Of a DNA stretch of 64,000 nucleotides, positions 1-9,269 are shown in pieces. Positions within the stretch are counted from its first letter, which is position 1. The number at the start of each line of letters is the position of its first letter. A program made the position numbers and the translations under genes. Origin of the DNA: Candidatus Latescibacterota bacterium (GTDB taxonomy: Bacteria; Latescibacterota; UBA2968; UBA8231); assembly GCA_965203175.1 (NCBI GenBank), contig OZ241867.1, positions 3,424,001 through 3,488,000 of the forward strand. The letters run 5' to 3'. The notes beneath the pieces are model-generated. The model did not search any database and was not told where the DNA came from. It saw only the letters and a program-made list of their open reading frames with translations.

Positions 1-518
1 AGTCCATCCTCGGTATGGTCAACGTGCCGGTTATCTTCGTCTCCGGGTACGGCAAGGATCAGGTCATCGCCCAGGCCTTCGAGCAGGGCGCTGCCGACTA
101 CATTGTCAAGCCCTTCTCGCCCACGGAGTTGGTAGCAAGGGTTAGGGCCGCCCGGAGCAGACAGGCCGATCCGTACCGGGTCGAGTCGTTGGAACCCTAC
201 ATGCTGGGCGACCTGACTATCGACTACGCCGAACGCCGCGTGACGGTGGCCGACCAGCCGGTGGAGCTAACCGCCACCGAATACGCACTGCTCTTCGAGC
301 TTTCGGTCAACGGAGGACGGGTGTTGACCTATGACCAGTTGTTGCGACGGGTGTGGGGCCGGACCAACTCGGGCGATGTGCGGGTGATCCGCCCCATCGT
401 CAGGAATCTCCGCCTCAAGCTGGACGACGACGCGGACAGCCCCACCTATATCTTTACCGACACTCGCGTCGGCTATCGGATGCCGAAAGGACAGGCACCG
501 GGAGAGGAGACACAGTGA
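1..518 (+). CDS. OmpR/KdpE-family response regulator, 5'-truncated by the window edge
   Basis: Receiver C-terminal half (PVIFVSG...GAADYIVKPF) plus winged-helix motifs LTATEYALL and IFTDTRVGYR; the frame is open to the window start. Confidence 0.9.
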   Translation, partial: SILGMVNVPVIFVSGYGKDQVIAQAFEQGAADYIVKPFSPTELVARVRAARSRQADPYRVESLEPYMLGDLTIDYAERRVTVADQPVELTATEYALLFELSVNGGRVLTYDQLLRRVWGRTNSGDVRVIRPIVRNLRLKLDDDADSPTYIFTDTRVGYRMPKGQAPGEETQ

Positions 519-866
519 CCGTGGCGACCTTTGGGGTACGCGAGCCGTTGACGGAGCGGTTGGGAGGGCTGGTCGCCTGCGACGCGAACAGGACCAAGGT
601 CTCCCGTCTTCGCGGGTGAACTCCTGTCCGGGTTCGCTCTTGGCGAGATAAATATGGCCCACATCCTCGCCTTGGTAGTGAATCGGGGTCCCTAGCAGGA
701 ACTCATTTCAGTAGGAGGGCGGAACTGGGAACCCCAACATTCTGGTGTAGCTGGCAAAATCCTGGACGCTCCGCGGTCCCGGAATGGTGCAAAACTTCAG
801 CCCTTTGGTCGTCTCCCATACCTGTTGGGTCTCATCGGGGAGGCCAAAAGGTCCTTGTCCTGGTCG

Positions 867-2069
867 TCACAGGCGGCTATCACGCCGTACCGGGCATCGT
901 GCGGTCTCCAAAGAAAGAGTAGCAAGAGCTTCCCCAACTAGATATGCTGCACTCTCAATATCCTCGAAAGAGGTGAATCGGCCAAAACTAAAGCGGATGG
1001 AAGCGTCGCTTTTCGCTGTGGTCAGACCAAGTGCGCGAAGTACGTGTGATGGCTCGGGAATGCCTGACGCACACGCAGCGCCGGTAGACGCGGCAAGTCT
1101 CGGCTGAAGAACGCCAAGGATGTCCTCCGCTTGGAAGCCCTCAAAGCAGATATTGGCATTGCCCGGATGGCGCCGCTCTCCGACTATTCCATTTATATTA
1201 ATCGGGAAATCCCCGCCTTGTAGCAGGCGAACGAATGTATCGCGTTGGCTAGCGATCCGCTTGCGCTCCTCTTCCGCTTCGTCGCCGATAACGATCTCGG
1301 CTGCCGCTGCCATGCCGACGCAAAGTGGCATCGGAACGGTACCGGAACGCAGACCTTCTTGCTGCCCGCCACCATAAATCAAGGGCTCAAGCGATTCTTT
1401 GAGATCGCGGCGGAGGTACAACGCGCCAATGCCCTGGGGACCATACATCTTGTGGCCCGAAAGGCTTATCAGATCGGCATGTGTGGCAAGATCACTCACG
1501 TCCATGGCACAGGGCGCTTGCGCTGCATCACAATGAAATAGTATGCCGTGGGGCGCGAGCAGTTTAGCAATCCGCGGAATGTCCTGAATGGTTCCAACTT
1601 CGTTGTTCACTACCATTACAGAAAGCAGGAGAATACTCTCGTCTAAGCGTTCCTCCAACGCATCGAAATCGACTGCTCCATCCCTGTCCACTGGAATGAC
1701 CTCGACGGTGAATCCCTCACGCTCAGATAGTGCTCGTGCGGCACCCAAGACGCACTTGTGCTCGATTGCGCTGACGAGGATGCGCCGACGGCCCCTTAGC
1801 GTACGCCGAGCAAGACCAAACAACGCGAGGTTGTTGGCTTCTGTGGCCCCGGAGGTGAAGATCACTTCATCAGAGTCGGCTCCTATCAACGCCGCTATGG
1901 ACGAGGCTGCCTCCTGAACGGCTGTGTTGGCTCGCCACCCGACGACATGATCGCTTGAGTGGGGATTGCCGAACGACTCGCTCCAATAGGGAGCCATCTT
2001 TGCCAAAACCTGTGGATCAACCGGCGTGGTCGCCTGATAATCCGCGTAGATGGTCTTTTGATTGTCCAT
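867..2069 (-). CDS. sspA: Cysteine desulfurase (IscS/DndA/SspA type)
   Basis: YADYQATTP, FTSGATEANN, HCDAAQ, PLP-Lys SGHKMYGP and catalytic GAACASG; start set at ATG 2069 behind GGAG; divergent from the DUF4007 operon. Confidence 0.85.
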   Translation of the reverse strand: MDNQKTIYADYQATTPVDPQVLAKMAPYWSESFGNPHSSDHVVGWRANTAVQEAASSIAALIGADSDEVIFTSGATEANNLALFGLARRTLRGRRRILVSAIEHKCVLGAARALSEREGFTVEVIPVDRDGAVDFDALEERLDESILLLSVMVVNNEVGTIQDIPRIAKLLAPHGILFHCDAAQAPCAMDVSDLATHADLISLSGHKMYGPQGIGALYLRRDLKESLEPLIYGGGQQEGLRSGTVPMPLCVGMAAAAEIVIGDEAEEERKRIASQRDTFVRLLQGGDFPININGIVGERRHPGNANICFEGFQAEDILGVLQPRLAASTGAACASGIPEPSHVLRALGLTTAKSDASIRFSFGRFTSFEDIESAAYLVGEALATLSLETARCPVRRDSRL

Positions 2070-2094
2070 TTTTAGCTCCAAGGGCCTGCCGTCA

Positions 2095-2128
2095 GTTGAC
2101 AGTATCGTAGGGTATAGATATTGTCAAC
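2095..2128. promoter_or_regulatory. Palindromic bidirectional sigma70-type promoter or operator between sspA and sspB
   Basis: GTTGACAGTATC-N10-GATATTGTCAAC (11/12 inverted repeat). Plus strand: TTGACA(2096-2101)-N17-TATTGT. Minus strand: TTGACA(2127-2122)-N17-TACTGT. Confidence 0.7.
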
Positions 2129-2196
2129 CTAGTAGTCCAAAAGTCCATTTGGGTTGCTTGCTTGGTCGCAGCAGACCATCCCGGCGCAGAGAGGCG

Positions 2197-3132
2197 ATGC
2201 TACGAGGACCCCTCCACCGAGACGATTATCAACCACAGCTATCCGGGCACGAGACATTTCCGCTCCGGTATGGCTGGCTCAAGAAAGCCTTCGATGCCGT
2301 CAGGGAAACCGAGGACGACGATAATACCAGGTCGGTCTTCTTGGCGGACGACGCCATCTCACGGTTCGGGGTCGGCAAGAACATGGTGGCCTCTATCCGG
2401 CATTGGGCAACGGCGGCGGGTGTCATCAAGGACGAATCGCGCCACACCGTAACCACAGTACTTGGCCAGCGTTTATTTGGCTCGGGTGGTCTCGATCCGT
2501 ACATGGAAAACCCGGCTACTGCGTGGCTTGTTCATTGGCAGCTTTGCGGCCAGCCAAACAAGACTACGTGGTTTTGGGCATTCAACTACTTCCCCGCGCC
2601 ATCCTTTGAGCGCGACATGCTTGTCAAGAGCTTGGAGAAGCTGGCAAAGGATCGTGAATGGCGACGCGCATCCACCGCTACCATCAGGAATGATGTTACG
2701 TGTTTCGTGCGCACCTATGTGTCGCAGCTACCTTCGGGCAAGGCAAGCCACGAGGATAGCTTGGAGTCCCCACTTACAGAGCTCGGGTTGATCAGACCCA
2801 TTGGCAAGCGGCACGAATTTCGGTTCGTTCGAGGGCGCAAGCCTTCGCTCGGGCCGGGCGTGTTTTGCTATGCCGTTACCCAATTCTGGTCTGGCTATTC
2901 CTCTGCCCGAACCCTCTCCTTTGAGGCGCTCGCCCATGAGCCTGGATCGCCGGGCCGGGTCTTTCTGCTGGACGAGAACGACTTGATGGACCGTCTTTCT
3001 GCCCTTGAAGGGGTGAGCAATGGCCTCTATAGGTGGTCAGAAACGACGGGGCTAAAGCAGCTTATCCGTAACCGCGAATTGGATGATGGGGAGGCGATCA
3101 ACTTCATTGAGGGCGACTACGTTGGTTCGTGA
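2197..3132 (+). CDS. sspB: DUF4007 family protein, SspB-like
   Basis: DUF4007 motifs SGHETFPLRYGWLKK, FGVGKNMVASIRHW, DPYMENPATAWLVHW; start moved to ATG 2197 (GAGG SD) from ORF 2062. Confidence 0.85.
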   Translation: MLRGPLHRDDYQPQLSGHETFPLRYGWLKKAFDAVRETEDDDNTRSVFLADDAISRFGVGKNMVASIRHWATAAGVIKDESRHTVTTVLGQRLFGSGGLDPYMENPATAWLVHWQLCGQPNKTTWFWAFNYFPAPSFERDMLVKSLEKLAKDREWRRASTATIRNDVTCFVRTYVSQLPSGKASHEDSLESPLTELGLIRPIGKRHEFRFVRGRKPSLGPGVFCYAVTQFWSGYSSARTLSFEALAHEPGSPGRVFLLDENDLMDRLSALEGVSNGLYRWSETTGLKQLIRNRELDDGEAINFIEGDYVGS

Positions 3133-3150
3133 CAGAAAGGACATCGCTTA

Positions 3151-6100
3151 ATGGCGCTTGCCGACCGGATTCGGATTGCTCGACGTTTCCAGCGTGCGAT
3201 CCGCATCGACAGTGACCTTGGCGATCCAACGGCATTGGATGGATTCATCTGTCCGCGATCCTCCGCTGAGGTCCTTGAGACCATGGCACGGCATGTAGTC
3301 GAGAGCGGCCAAGGCGCATTCACTTGGACGGGGCCTTACGGTAGCGGGAAGTCGAGCTTGGTCGTCGCCTTGAGTGCGGCGCTCAACGGAGACAGGAAGC
3401 TCTCGCGCCATGCGAAATCTGTACTGGGCCAGGAAACAGCATCGCTTATCTGGGAAGCATTACCGTCCCGAACGAGAGGCTGGCGCATCCTACCTGTGGT
3501 CGGCCGGCGGGATCGGCCGGCACAGGTGATTGGCGAAGCCATCACGGCGACGGATTTCCTAACTGGCCGAAAGCCAAGGTCTTGGACTGATAAGCATGTC
3601 CTCGATGCTCTCGATAAGATAGCGTCGCTTAACCCACGTGCTGGCGGTGGTTTGGTGGTGTTCATTGATGAGATGGGGAAATTCCTGGAGGCTGCGGCGA
3701 ACGACGGATCGGACATTTATCTGTTTCAAGAACTCGCGGAGCGGGCTTCGCGCAGCGACAAACGCCTTATCATTGTCGGTATCCTCCATCAAGCTTTCGA
3801 GGAGTACGCCCATCGTCTGTCGCGTGAGATGCGCGACGAATGGTCGAAGATCCAAGGGCGTTTCGTGGACCTTGTCGTCAACGCCAGCGGAGATGAGCAA
3901 ATCGACCTGCTCGGCCGCGCAATCGAAAGCGACCATCCGGAGAAAGCGGGTCCTTTAGCCAAAGGCGTGGCTCAGCGAACGCAGCGGCAGGCATCCCCTT
4001 ACTTTGCGGAGATGCTGGAAGATTGCTGGCCACTTCATCCGATAGTCGCCTGTTTGCTTGGCCCCATCTCACGCCGACGCTTCGGCCAGAACCAGCGGAG
4101 TATCTTCGGCTTCCTCAACTCGGCAGAACCGCAGGGGTTCCAGGATTTTCTCCGTTCCGCCGGCGATAATGATATCTATGGCCCCGACCGGCTCTGGGAC
4201 TATCTGCGGCTCAACTTGGAACCGTCTATCTTGGCTTCTCCCGACGGGCACCGCTGGGCACTGGCGATGGATGCCCTGGAGCGGTGTGAGGCTATGGGCG
4301 GGGGGGACTTGCATATCCGGCTGCTGAAGGTGATAGCGGCGGTTGATATGTTCAAGGACCGCTCCGGCCTTGGGGCAAGTCGAGATCTGTTGAGCCTTGC
4401 ATTGCCTGGCCACAAGAAAAAGATCGGGGCTGCGTTGAATGATCTGCAACGCTGGTCATTTGTCATATACCGCAAGTTTACCGATGCGTACTCGATTTTT
4501 GAAGGCAGCGACTTCAACATCGATCACGCTGTAGAGCAGGCATTAGAGAGTATAGGTGAAGTGGACTTCGCTTCGCTCAATGCACTGGCTGGACTCCAGC
4601 CTATTGTGGCGAAGCGCCATTATCACGAGACGGGCGCTCTACGCTGGTTCGACATAGGTGTCATCCCCGTGGTGGAGGTCGAAGCCGCCGCCGCCGATTA
4701 TGAGCCGCGCTATGGAGCCATCGGGAGCTTCTTCCTTGCAATTCCGACCCAAGGCGAATCGGAAGAGACGGCAGGGGAGATATGCCGTCGTGTCGTACAG
4801 AAGAGTAGGGCTTGGGATATTGTTATTGGTCTGTCTCAACACGCTTGGGGTATTCCGGCTCAGGCACGTGAACTAGTGGCCTTAGAGCGAGTGCGCGACG
4901 AGACACCGGAGTTGCAGGGCGATAGGGTTGCCCGGATTGAGGTACAAGCTCGTATCGCTGTTTTTCAAGGTGAGCTTGAAAGTGAGCTTGCTCGTGCTTT
5001 CAACAGCGCGTCCTGGTACCGCAGGCGTCGTAAGGCTAAAACGCTCCCCCATGCCGAACTCAACAGTCTGGCCTCCGATCTCGCCGATGTGAAGTTCCAC
5101 GATGCGCCGAGACTCAACAATGAGCTTCTGGGACGTGTCAAGCCGTCGAGCAGCGCGGTCGCCGCTCAGAATGCTCTTCTACGACGGATGGTGAACAACG
5201 AAGGCGAAGCTCGGCTCGGCATCGAGGAATTTCCCGCCGAAGGAGGCCTATGCGCCTCACTGCTGGAGGCGACCGGGTTGTACCGCGAAACAGCGGAGGG
5301 ATGGCGTTTTGTTGTCCCCACGCCGGATGCCGATGATCCTGGCAAGCTGGCCCCCACTTGGCGAGCAGCCACGGAGTTGCTGGAAAACAACGCCCATCGC
5401 ACGGTGACGATTGCTGAGATCTACGATGTCTGGCGTCAAGTACCGCTCGGCATCAAGGATGGCCTACTCCCCGTGTTGGCAGTAGCATTCTTCCTATCGC
5501 AACGCGGGACGCTAGCCTTCTATCGCCAGGGGATTTTCCAAGCGCGGGTGTCGGAGTTGGACATCGACTACCTTGCCAGAGATCCGGCGGACGTTCAGTT
5601 GCGATGGATGGATCTCTCCGACATGTCTCGCCGGCTCTTGTCCGAAATGGCCAACATCGTGCGCGACCTAGACGAGGGGAACGCACTCTGCCACCTTGAG
5701 CCAATAGATGTGGCGAGGGGCCTAGTGGCGATTCATGATCGCTTGCCTCCTTGGGTCGGTCGTACGCAACGTCTCTCGCGCAATGCAAAGCAAATCCGGC
5801 AACTGTTCAAGCAGGCCAATGATCCGAACAAACTGATCTTCAACGACATACCCAAATTGCTGAACGATATTCAAGGTGTTGACGATAGGGAAGATATCCA
5901 GCAGATTGCAGGCCGCGTTCGCGAGGGTTTGACAGAACTGCATCAAGCCTATCCCACGATGCTCAACCGCATGAGGGAGACCCTGCTCGCGGAGTTGCAA
6001 GTGCCGAATGCTTCGCCGTCGATGCTGGCCGAATTGCGCGCTCGCGCCGACAACATCCGTGAGCTTGGAGGCGATCATCGCTTGGAGGCTTTCATCGTTC

Positions 6101-6534
6101 GCCTTGCGCGGTTTGAGAGAAGCGATGAAGACATGGAGGGATTGGCGGGTATGGCTGTCAACAAGCCCCCTCGGGATTGGGTTGATCCAGACATCGATCG
6201 TGCGACGGTTGAACTCGCCGACATGGCTCAGCAGTTCGTGCGTGCGGAGGCATTTGCTCACGTCAAGGGTCGCCAAGACAAGAGGCATTCCATGGCCGTG
6301 ATTGTCGGCATGGGTGGTCAGCCGAAACTAGTGCATGACGAGTTTGATATCATGGAGCTAGAACAGCCTGCGGTGAGAGAACTGATTGAACGCGTCGATG
6401 CGATACTGCGAGCCAACGGCGAAGAGCGACGAAACATCATTCTTGCTGCGCTAGCCGAGTTGAGTGCTCAATACCTAGATTCCGCTACTACGACGAAGCC
6501 AACGACGAATACGAGAGGGGAGGCAATCTCGTGA
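3151..6534 (+). CDS. sspC: Large P-loop ATPase, SspC-like
   Basis: Walker A GPYGSGKS, Walker B VVFIDEMGK, EWSKIQGRF, WPLHP; lies between DUF4007 and PAPS reductase genes. Confidence 0.8.
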   Translation: MALADRIRIARRFQRAIRIDSDLGDPTALDGFICPRSSAEVLETMARHVVESGQGAFTWTGPYGSGKSSLVVALSAALNGDRKLSRHAKSVLGQETASLIWEALPSRTRGWRILPVVGRRDRPAQVIGEAITATDFLTGRKPRSWTDKHVLDALDKIASLNPRAGGGLVVFIDEMGKFLEAAANDGSDIYLFQELAERASRSDKRLIIVGILHQAFEEYAHRLSREMRDEWSKIQGRFVDLVVNASGDEQIDLLGRAIESDHPEKAGPLAKGVAQRTQRQASPYFAEMLEDCWPLHPIVACLLGPISRRRFGQNQRSIFGFLNSAEPQGFQDFLRSAGDNDIYGPDRLWDYLRLNLEPSILASPDGHRWALAMDALERCEAMGGGDLHIRLLKVIAAVDMFKDRSGLGASRDLLSLALPGHKKKIGAALNDLQRWSFVIYRKFTDAYSIFEGSDFNIDHAVEQALESIGEVDFASLNALAGLQPIVAKRHYHETGALRWFDIGVIPVVEVEAAAADYEPRYGAIGSFFLAIPTQGESEETAGEICRRVVQKSRAWDIVIGLSQHAWGIPAQARELVALERVRDETPELQGDRVARIEVQARIAVFQGELESELARAFNSASWYRRRRKAKTLPHAELNSLASDLADVKFHDAPRLNNELLGRVKPSSSAVAAQNALLRRMVNNEGEARLGIEEFPAEGGLCASLLEATGLYRETAEGWRFVVPTPDADDPGKLAPTWRAATELLENNAHRTVTIAEIYDVWRQVPLGIKDGLLPVLAVAFFLSQRGTLAFYRQGIFQARVSELDIDYLARDPADVQLRWMDLSDMSRRLLSEMANIVRDLDEGNALCHLEPIDVARGLVAIHDRLPPWVGRTQRLSRNAKQIRQLFKQANDPNKLIFNDIPKLLNDIQGVDDREDIQQIAGRVREGLTELHQAYPTMLNRMRETLLAELQVPNASPSMLAELRARADNIRELGGDHRLEAFIVRLARFERSDEDMEGLAGMAVNKPPRDWVDPDIDRATVELADMAQQFVRAEAFAHVKGRQDKRHSMAVIVGMGGQPKLVHDEFDIMELEQPAVRELIERVDAILRANGEERRNIILAALAELSAQYLDSATTTKPTTNTRGEAIS

Positions 6535-7373
6535 GCCAGACAAGCGAAACAAGGCATGTCTTAGGACTGTCCGGTGGTCGCGACAGCGCGGCGTTAGCGG
6601 TGTACATGCGGCAGAACCATCCCGAGCTTGATATCGACTATTTTTTTACTGATACCGGCAAGGAACTACCGGAGGTCTATGAGTTCCTAGTCAAGCTCGA
6701 AGGATTTCTGGGCAAGCCCATCGTGCGGCTGAATCCCGACCGCGACTTTGACTTTTGGCTGAAACAGTACAATAATTTCTTGCCTTCTCCGCAGACGCGC
6801 TGGTGTACGCGGCAACTCAAGCTCCGGCCTTTTGAGTTGTGGATTCGGCCCATGCTGGATAGTGGCATAACCGTTTATAGCTACGTCGCAATCCGGGCGG
6901 ACGAAGAATACCGAGAAGGTTATGCCTCCAAACACGAGGCTTTGATAGTGCAACTCCCGTTCAAAGATGCCGGTATCGACAAGGCGGGCGTACTAGAGAT
7001 TCTGGAAGGGGCAGGCTTAGGACTACCGAAATACTACGAGTGGCGCACGCGGAGTGGCTGTACCTTCTGCTTCTTCCAGCAGAAAATCGAGTGGGTGCGG
7101 CTGATGGAGCGACACCCCGAGTACTTCGAGGAGGCCAAGCGATACGAAAAGGACGCCGTTGATCAGGGCTCGCCGTTCACTTGGAGTCAAGGGGAGTCGC
7201 TGAATGATCTCGCCAAGCCCGAGCGTGTAGAGCAGATAAAAGAAAATCATCAGCGCCGGTTAGAGCGTGCGCACGGCAAGCATCAGGTCAATCCGCTTCG
7301 TCCCGATGCCGAACCCCTCGACGTTGACGACCTCTACGGCAAAGCGAAGGTCTGTCTAGCGTGTCACAAATAA
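6531..7373 (+). CDS. sspD: PAPS reductase family protein, SspD-like
   Basis: PP-loop LSGGRDS, FTDTGKE, RWCTRQLK, RSGCTFCF; GTGA overlap with the upstream gene. Confidence 0.85.
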   Translation: MSQTSETRHVLGLSGGRDSAALAVYMRQNHPELDIDYFFTDTGKELPEVYEFLVKLEGFLGKPIVRLNPDRDFDFWLKQYNNFLPSPQTRWCTRQLKLRPFELWIRPMLDSGITVYSYVAIRADEEYREGYASKHEALIVQLPFKDAGIDKAGVLEILEGAGLGLPKYYEWRTRSGCTFCFFQQKIEWVRLMERHPEYFEEAKRYEKDAVDQGSPFTWSQGESLNDLAKPERVEQIKENHQRRLERAHGKHQVNPLRPDAEPLDVDDLYGKAKVCLACHK

Positions 7374-7436
7374 AGATTTCGTCCAATACTAAATTGAAAT
7401 TTCGAAATAAGGTGAGGTGGGGGTGTTTAGGACACT

Positions 7437-9269
7437 ATGTCACGCACCAATAGACTGATCTCTTTCTTTCGGCACTATGGGCCGATTCCAGCAAGCGACA
7501 ATATGTATGACGAGCTAATCCAAGCGGAGATAGCTCGTTACGAAATCTCTCCATCAATCCAGATTGAGCCAGCGCGGCTTAAAGACCTGATTGAGAATTT
7601 TGATAGCCCAGAGCCGACCAATGTAATTCTTACTGGAACGGCTGGTGATGGGAAAACTTACCATTGTCGTCGCGTGTGGGAGTATTTCGACGGTGATGAG
7701 GGCCAATGGCAACGCGGCAAGAAGATAGCGACTCTCGACCTGCCAAAATCCGGGAAACACCTAGTCATCATCAAGGACTTGAGCGAGCTCAAAGCTGAGG
7801 AGAAGCGTGAACTTTTTCCCGACTTGGCCGCGGCAGTAGCGGGCACGAACGAGGGTGATGTATACCTTCTAGCTGCCAACGACGGGCAGTTGGTCGCTAG
7901 TTGGCGAGAGTGGGCAGAGCAGGATGGGGATCAGGCCCTTGCCGACTTTAAAGTGCTGGAAGGGATGCTAGTGGAGGATCGCCATCGAGATCCGCATTTG
8001 CGCCTGTACCTATACAATCTCAGCCGCATGGATGCGTCTCAGCACTTTGATGCCCTTGTTGAGCGGGTGGTGGAGCATCCGCAGTGGCGAGGATGCGAAG
8101 GATGTGAATTATTGAACGAAGATGGGTCTACCATTTGCCCTATCCGACTCAATCGCGAGCTGCTTCGCGCAGCGAGCTCACCATTTCGACAACGCTTGGG
8201 TGCTCTACTGCGCTTGGCAGGAGTTAACCGAATGCACTTGCCAATTCGTGATCTGTTGCTGCTGGTAATCAACATCATCCTTGGCGATCGGCAAGCTGGT
8301 CAGTCTCTATTATCGTGTCGTACCGCGAAAAATCGCGCTAAGCAATCTGATTACACTAAGACCAATCCCTATGCCAATGTCTTTGGAGCTAATCTACCGG
8401 AAAAGGACCGTCAGAAATACCAAGCATTTAAGACACTAGACAGTTTTGGTATCGGTCGTGAGACTGACAATACATTCGACAATCTTCTTATCTACGGTCA
8501 CTATAACGAGGAGGAACGTTACAAGCGACTAGTCGATAACGACGATTACTACGGTGGCTCGGACTATCGGTTATATTTGCAGGACTACTTAGAGGGAGAG
8601 CGAGAAGAGATTCAGAATTTTATGGAGGCTCTCGGGCGACAGCGACGCCGTTTGTTCTTCTCATTACCAGCCGATGTGGGCCTCGACCCTTGGCACTTGA
8701 CCGTATATCGCTCAGCTGGCCTACTCTTAGAGATGACAGAGAAAATCAAGAATGATGGAGACATAACACAACTGACAGAGCAATTAGTTCGTGGATTGAA
8801 CCGTACACTCTGTGGTATGATGATTGATGACGGGACACAGGTGTATCTCGCGTCTTCGGGTGGAGATGGTCGAGGGCGGATCGCCTCCGTCTTGAACTAT
8901 GATCTGCGCACAGCTATACACCGGCGTTATATTTACGTCACCTTCAATTTGGCCGAAGATGGCCTGACGCCTCGACTGATGGTCATTGACCCAACGGAGT
9001 CCGAAGAATCGCAGATTATTGATCACCTTGATCTTCAGTTGACACATTTCGAATACCTGATGCGGGTTTCTCGTGGCAGCCTGCCTGCAAGTTTTTCCCG
9101 ACAGTGCTATGAGGATTTTCTGGACTTCAAGCTAAGGCTAATCGAACGGCTACACGAGTTAATCGGTGAAGATGGCAATGAGCGGGAAGTTTCGCTTCAT
9201 GCTATTAGAGTTGACGAGGACGGGCGTCCACAGGTAGATGATATTCGCATCCGGGTGGGTACGCCATGA
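7437..9269 (+). CDS. sspF: P-loop NTPase, SspF/DptF-like restriction subunit
   Basis: VILTGTAGDGKT, IIKDLSE, LLAANDG, CxxC...CP cluster; first of three coupled genes after sspBCD. Confidence 0.7.
   Translation: MSRTNRLISFFRHYGPIPASDNMYDELIQAEIARYEISPSIQIEPARLKDLIENFDSPEPTNVILTGTAGDGKTYHCRRVWEYFDGDEGQWQRGKKIATLDLPKSGKHLVIIKDLSELKAEEKRELFPDLAAAVAGTNEGDVYLLAANDGQLVASWREWAEQDGDQALADFKVLEGMLVEDRHRDPHLRLYLYNLSRMDASQHFDALVERVVEHPQWRGCEGCELLNEDGSTICPIRLNRELLRAASSPFRQRLGALLRLAGVNRMHLPIRDLLLLVINIILGDRQAGQSLLSCRTAKNRAKQSDYTKTNPYANVFGANLPEKDRQKYQAFKTLDSFGIGRETDNTFDNLLIYGHYNEEERYKRLVDNDDYYGGSDYRLYLQDYLEGEREEIQNFMEALGRQRRRLFFSLPADVGLDPWHLTVYRSAGLLLEMTEKIKNDGDITQLTEQLVRGLNRTLCGMMIDDGTQVYLASSGGDGRGRIASVLNYDLRTAIHRRYIYVTFNLAEDGLTPRLMVIDPTESEESQIIDHLDLQLTHFEYLMRVSRGSLPASFSRQCYEDFLDFKLRLIERLHELIGEDGNEREVSLHAIRVDEDGRPQVDDIRIRVGTP

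Noticed and set aside
519-866. Short ORFs between the response regulator and sspA
   Set aside because: No recognisable domain, IS end or repeat
2197-7373. BREX type 4 or classical Dnd assignment
   Set aside because: No PglZ/BrxL and no DndB/D/E; the gene set fits Ssp better
7355-7373. CxxCH as a c-type heme site
   Set aside because: Cytoplasmic protein without a signal peptide
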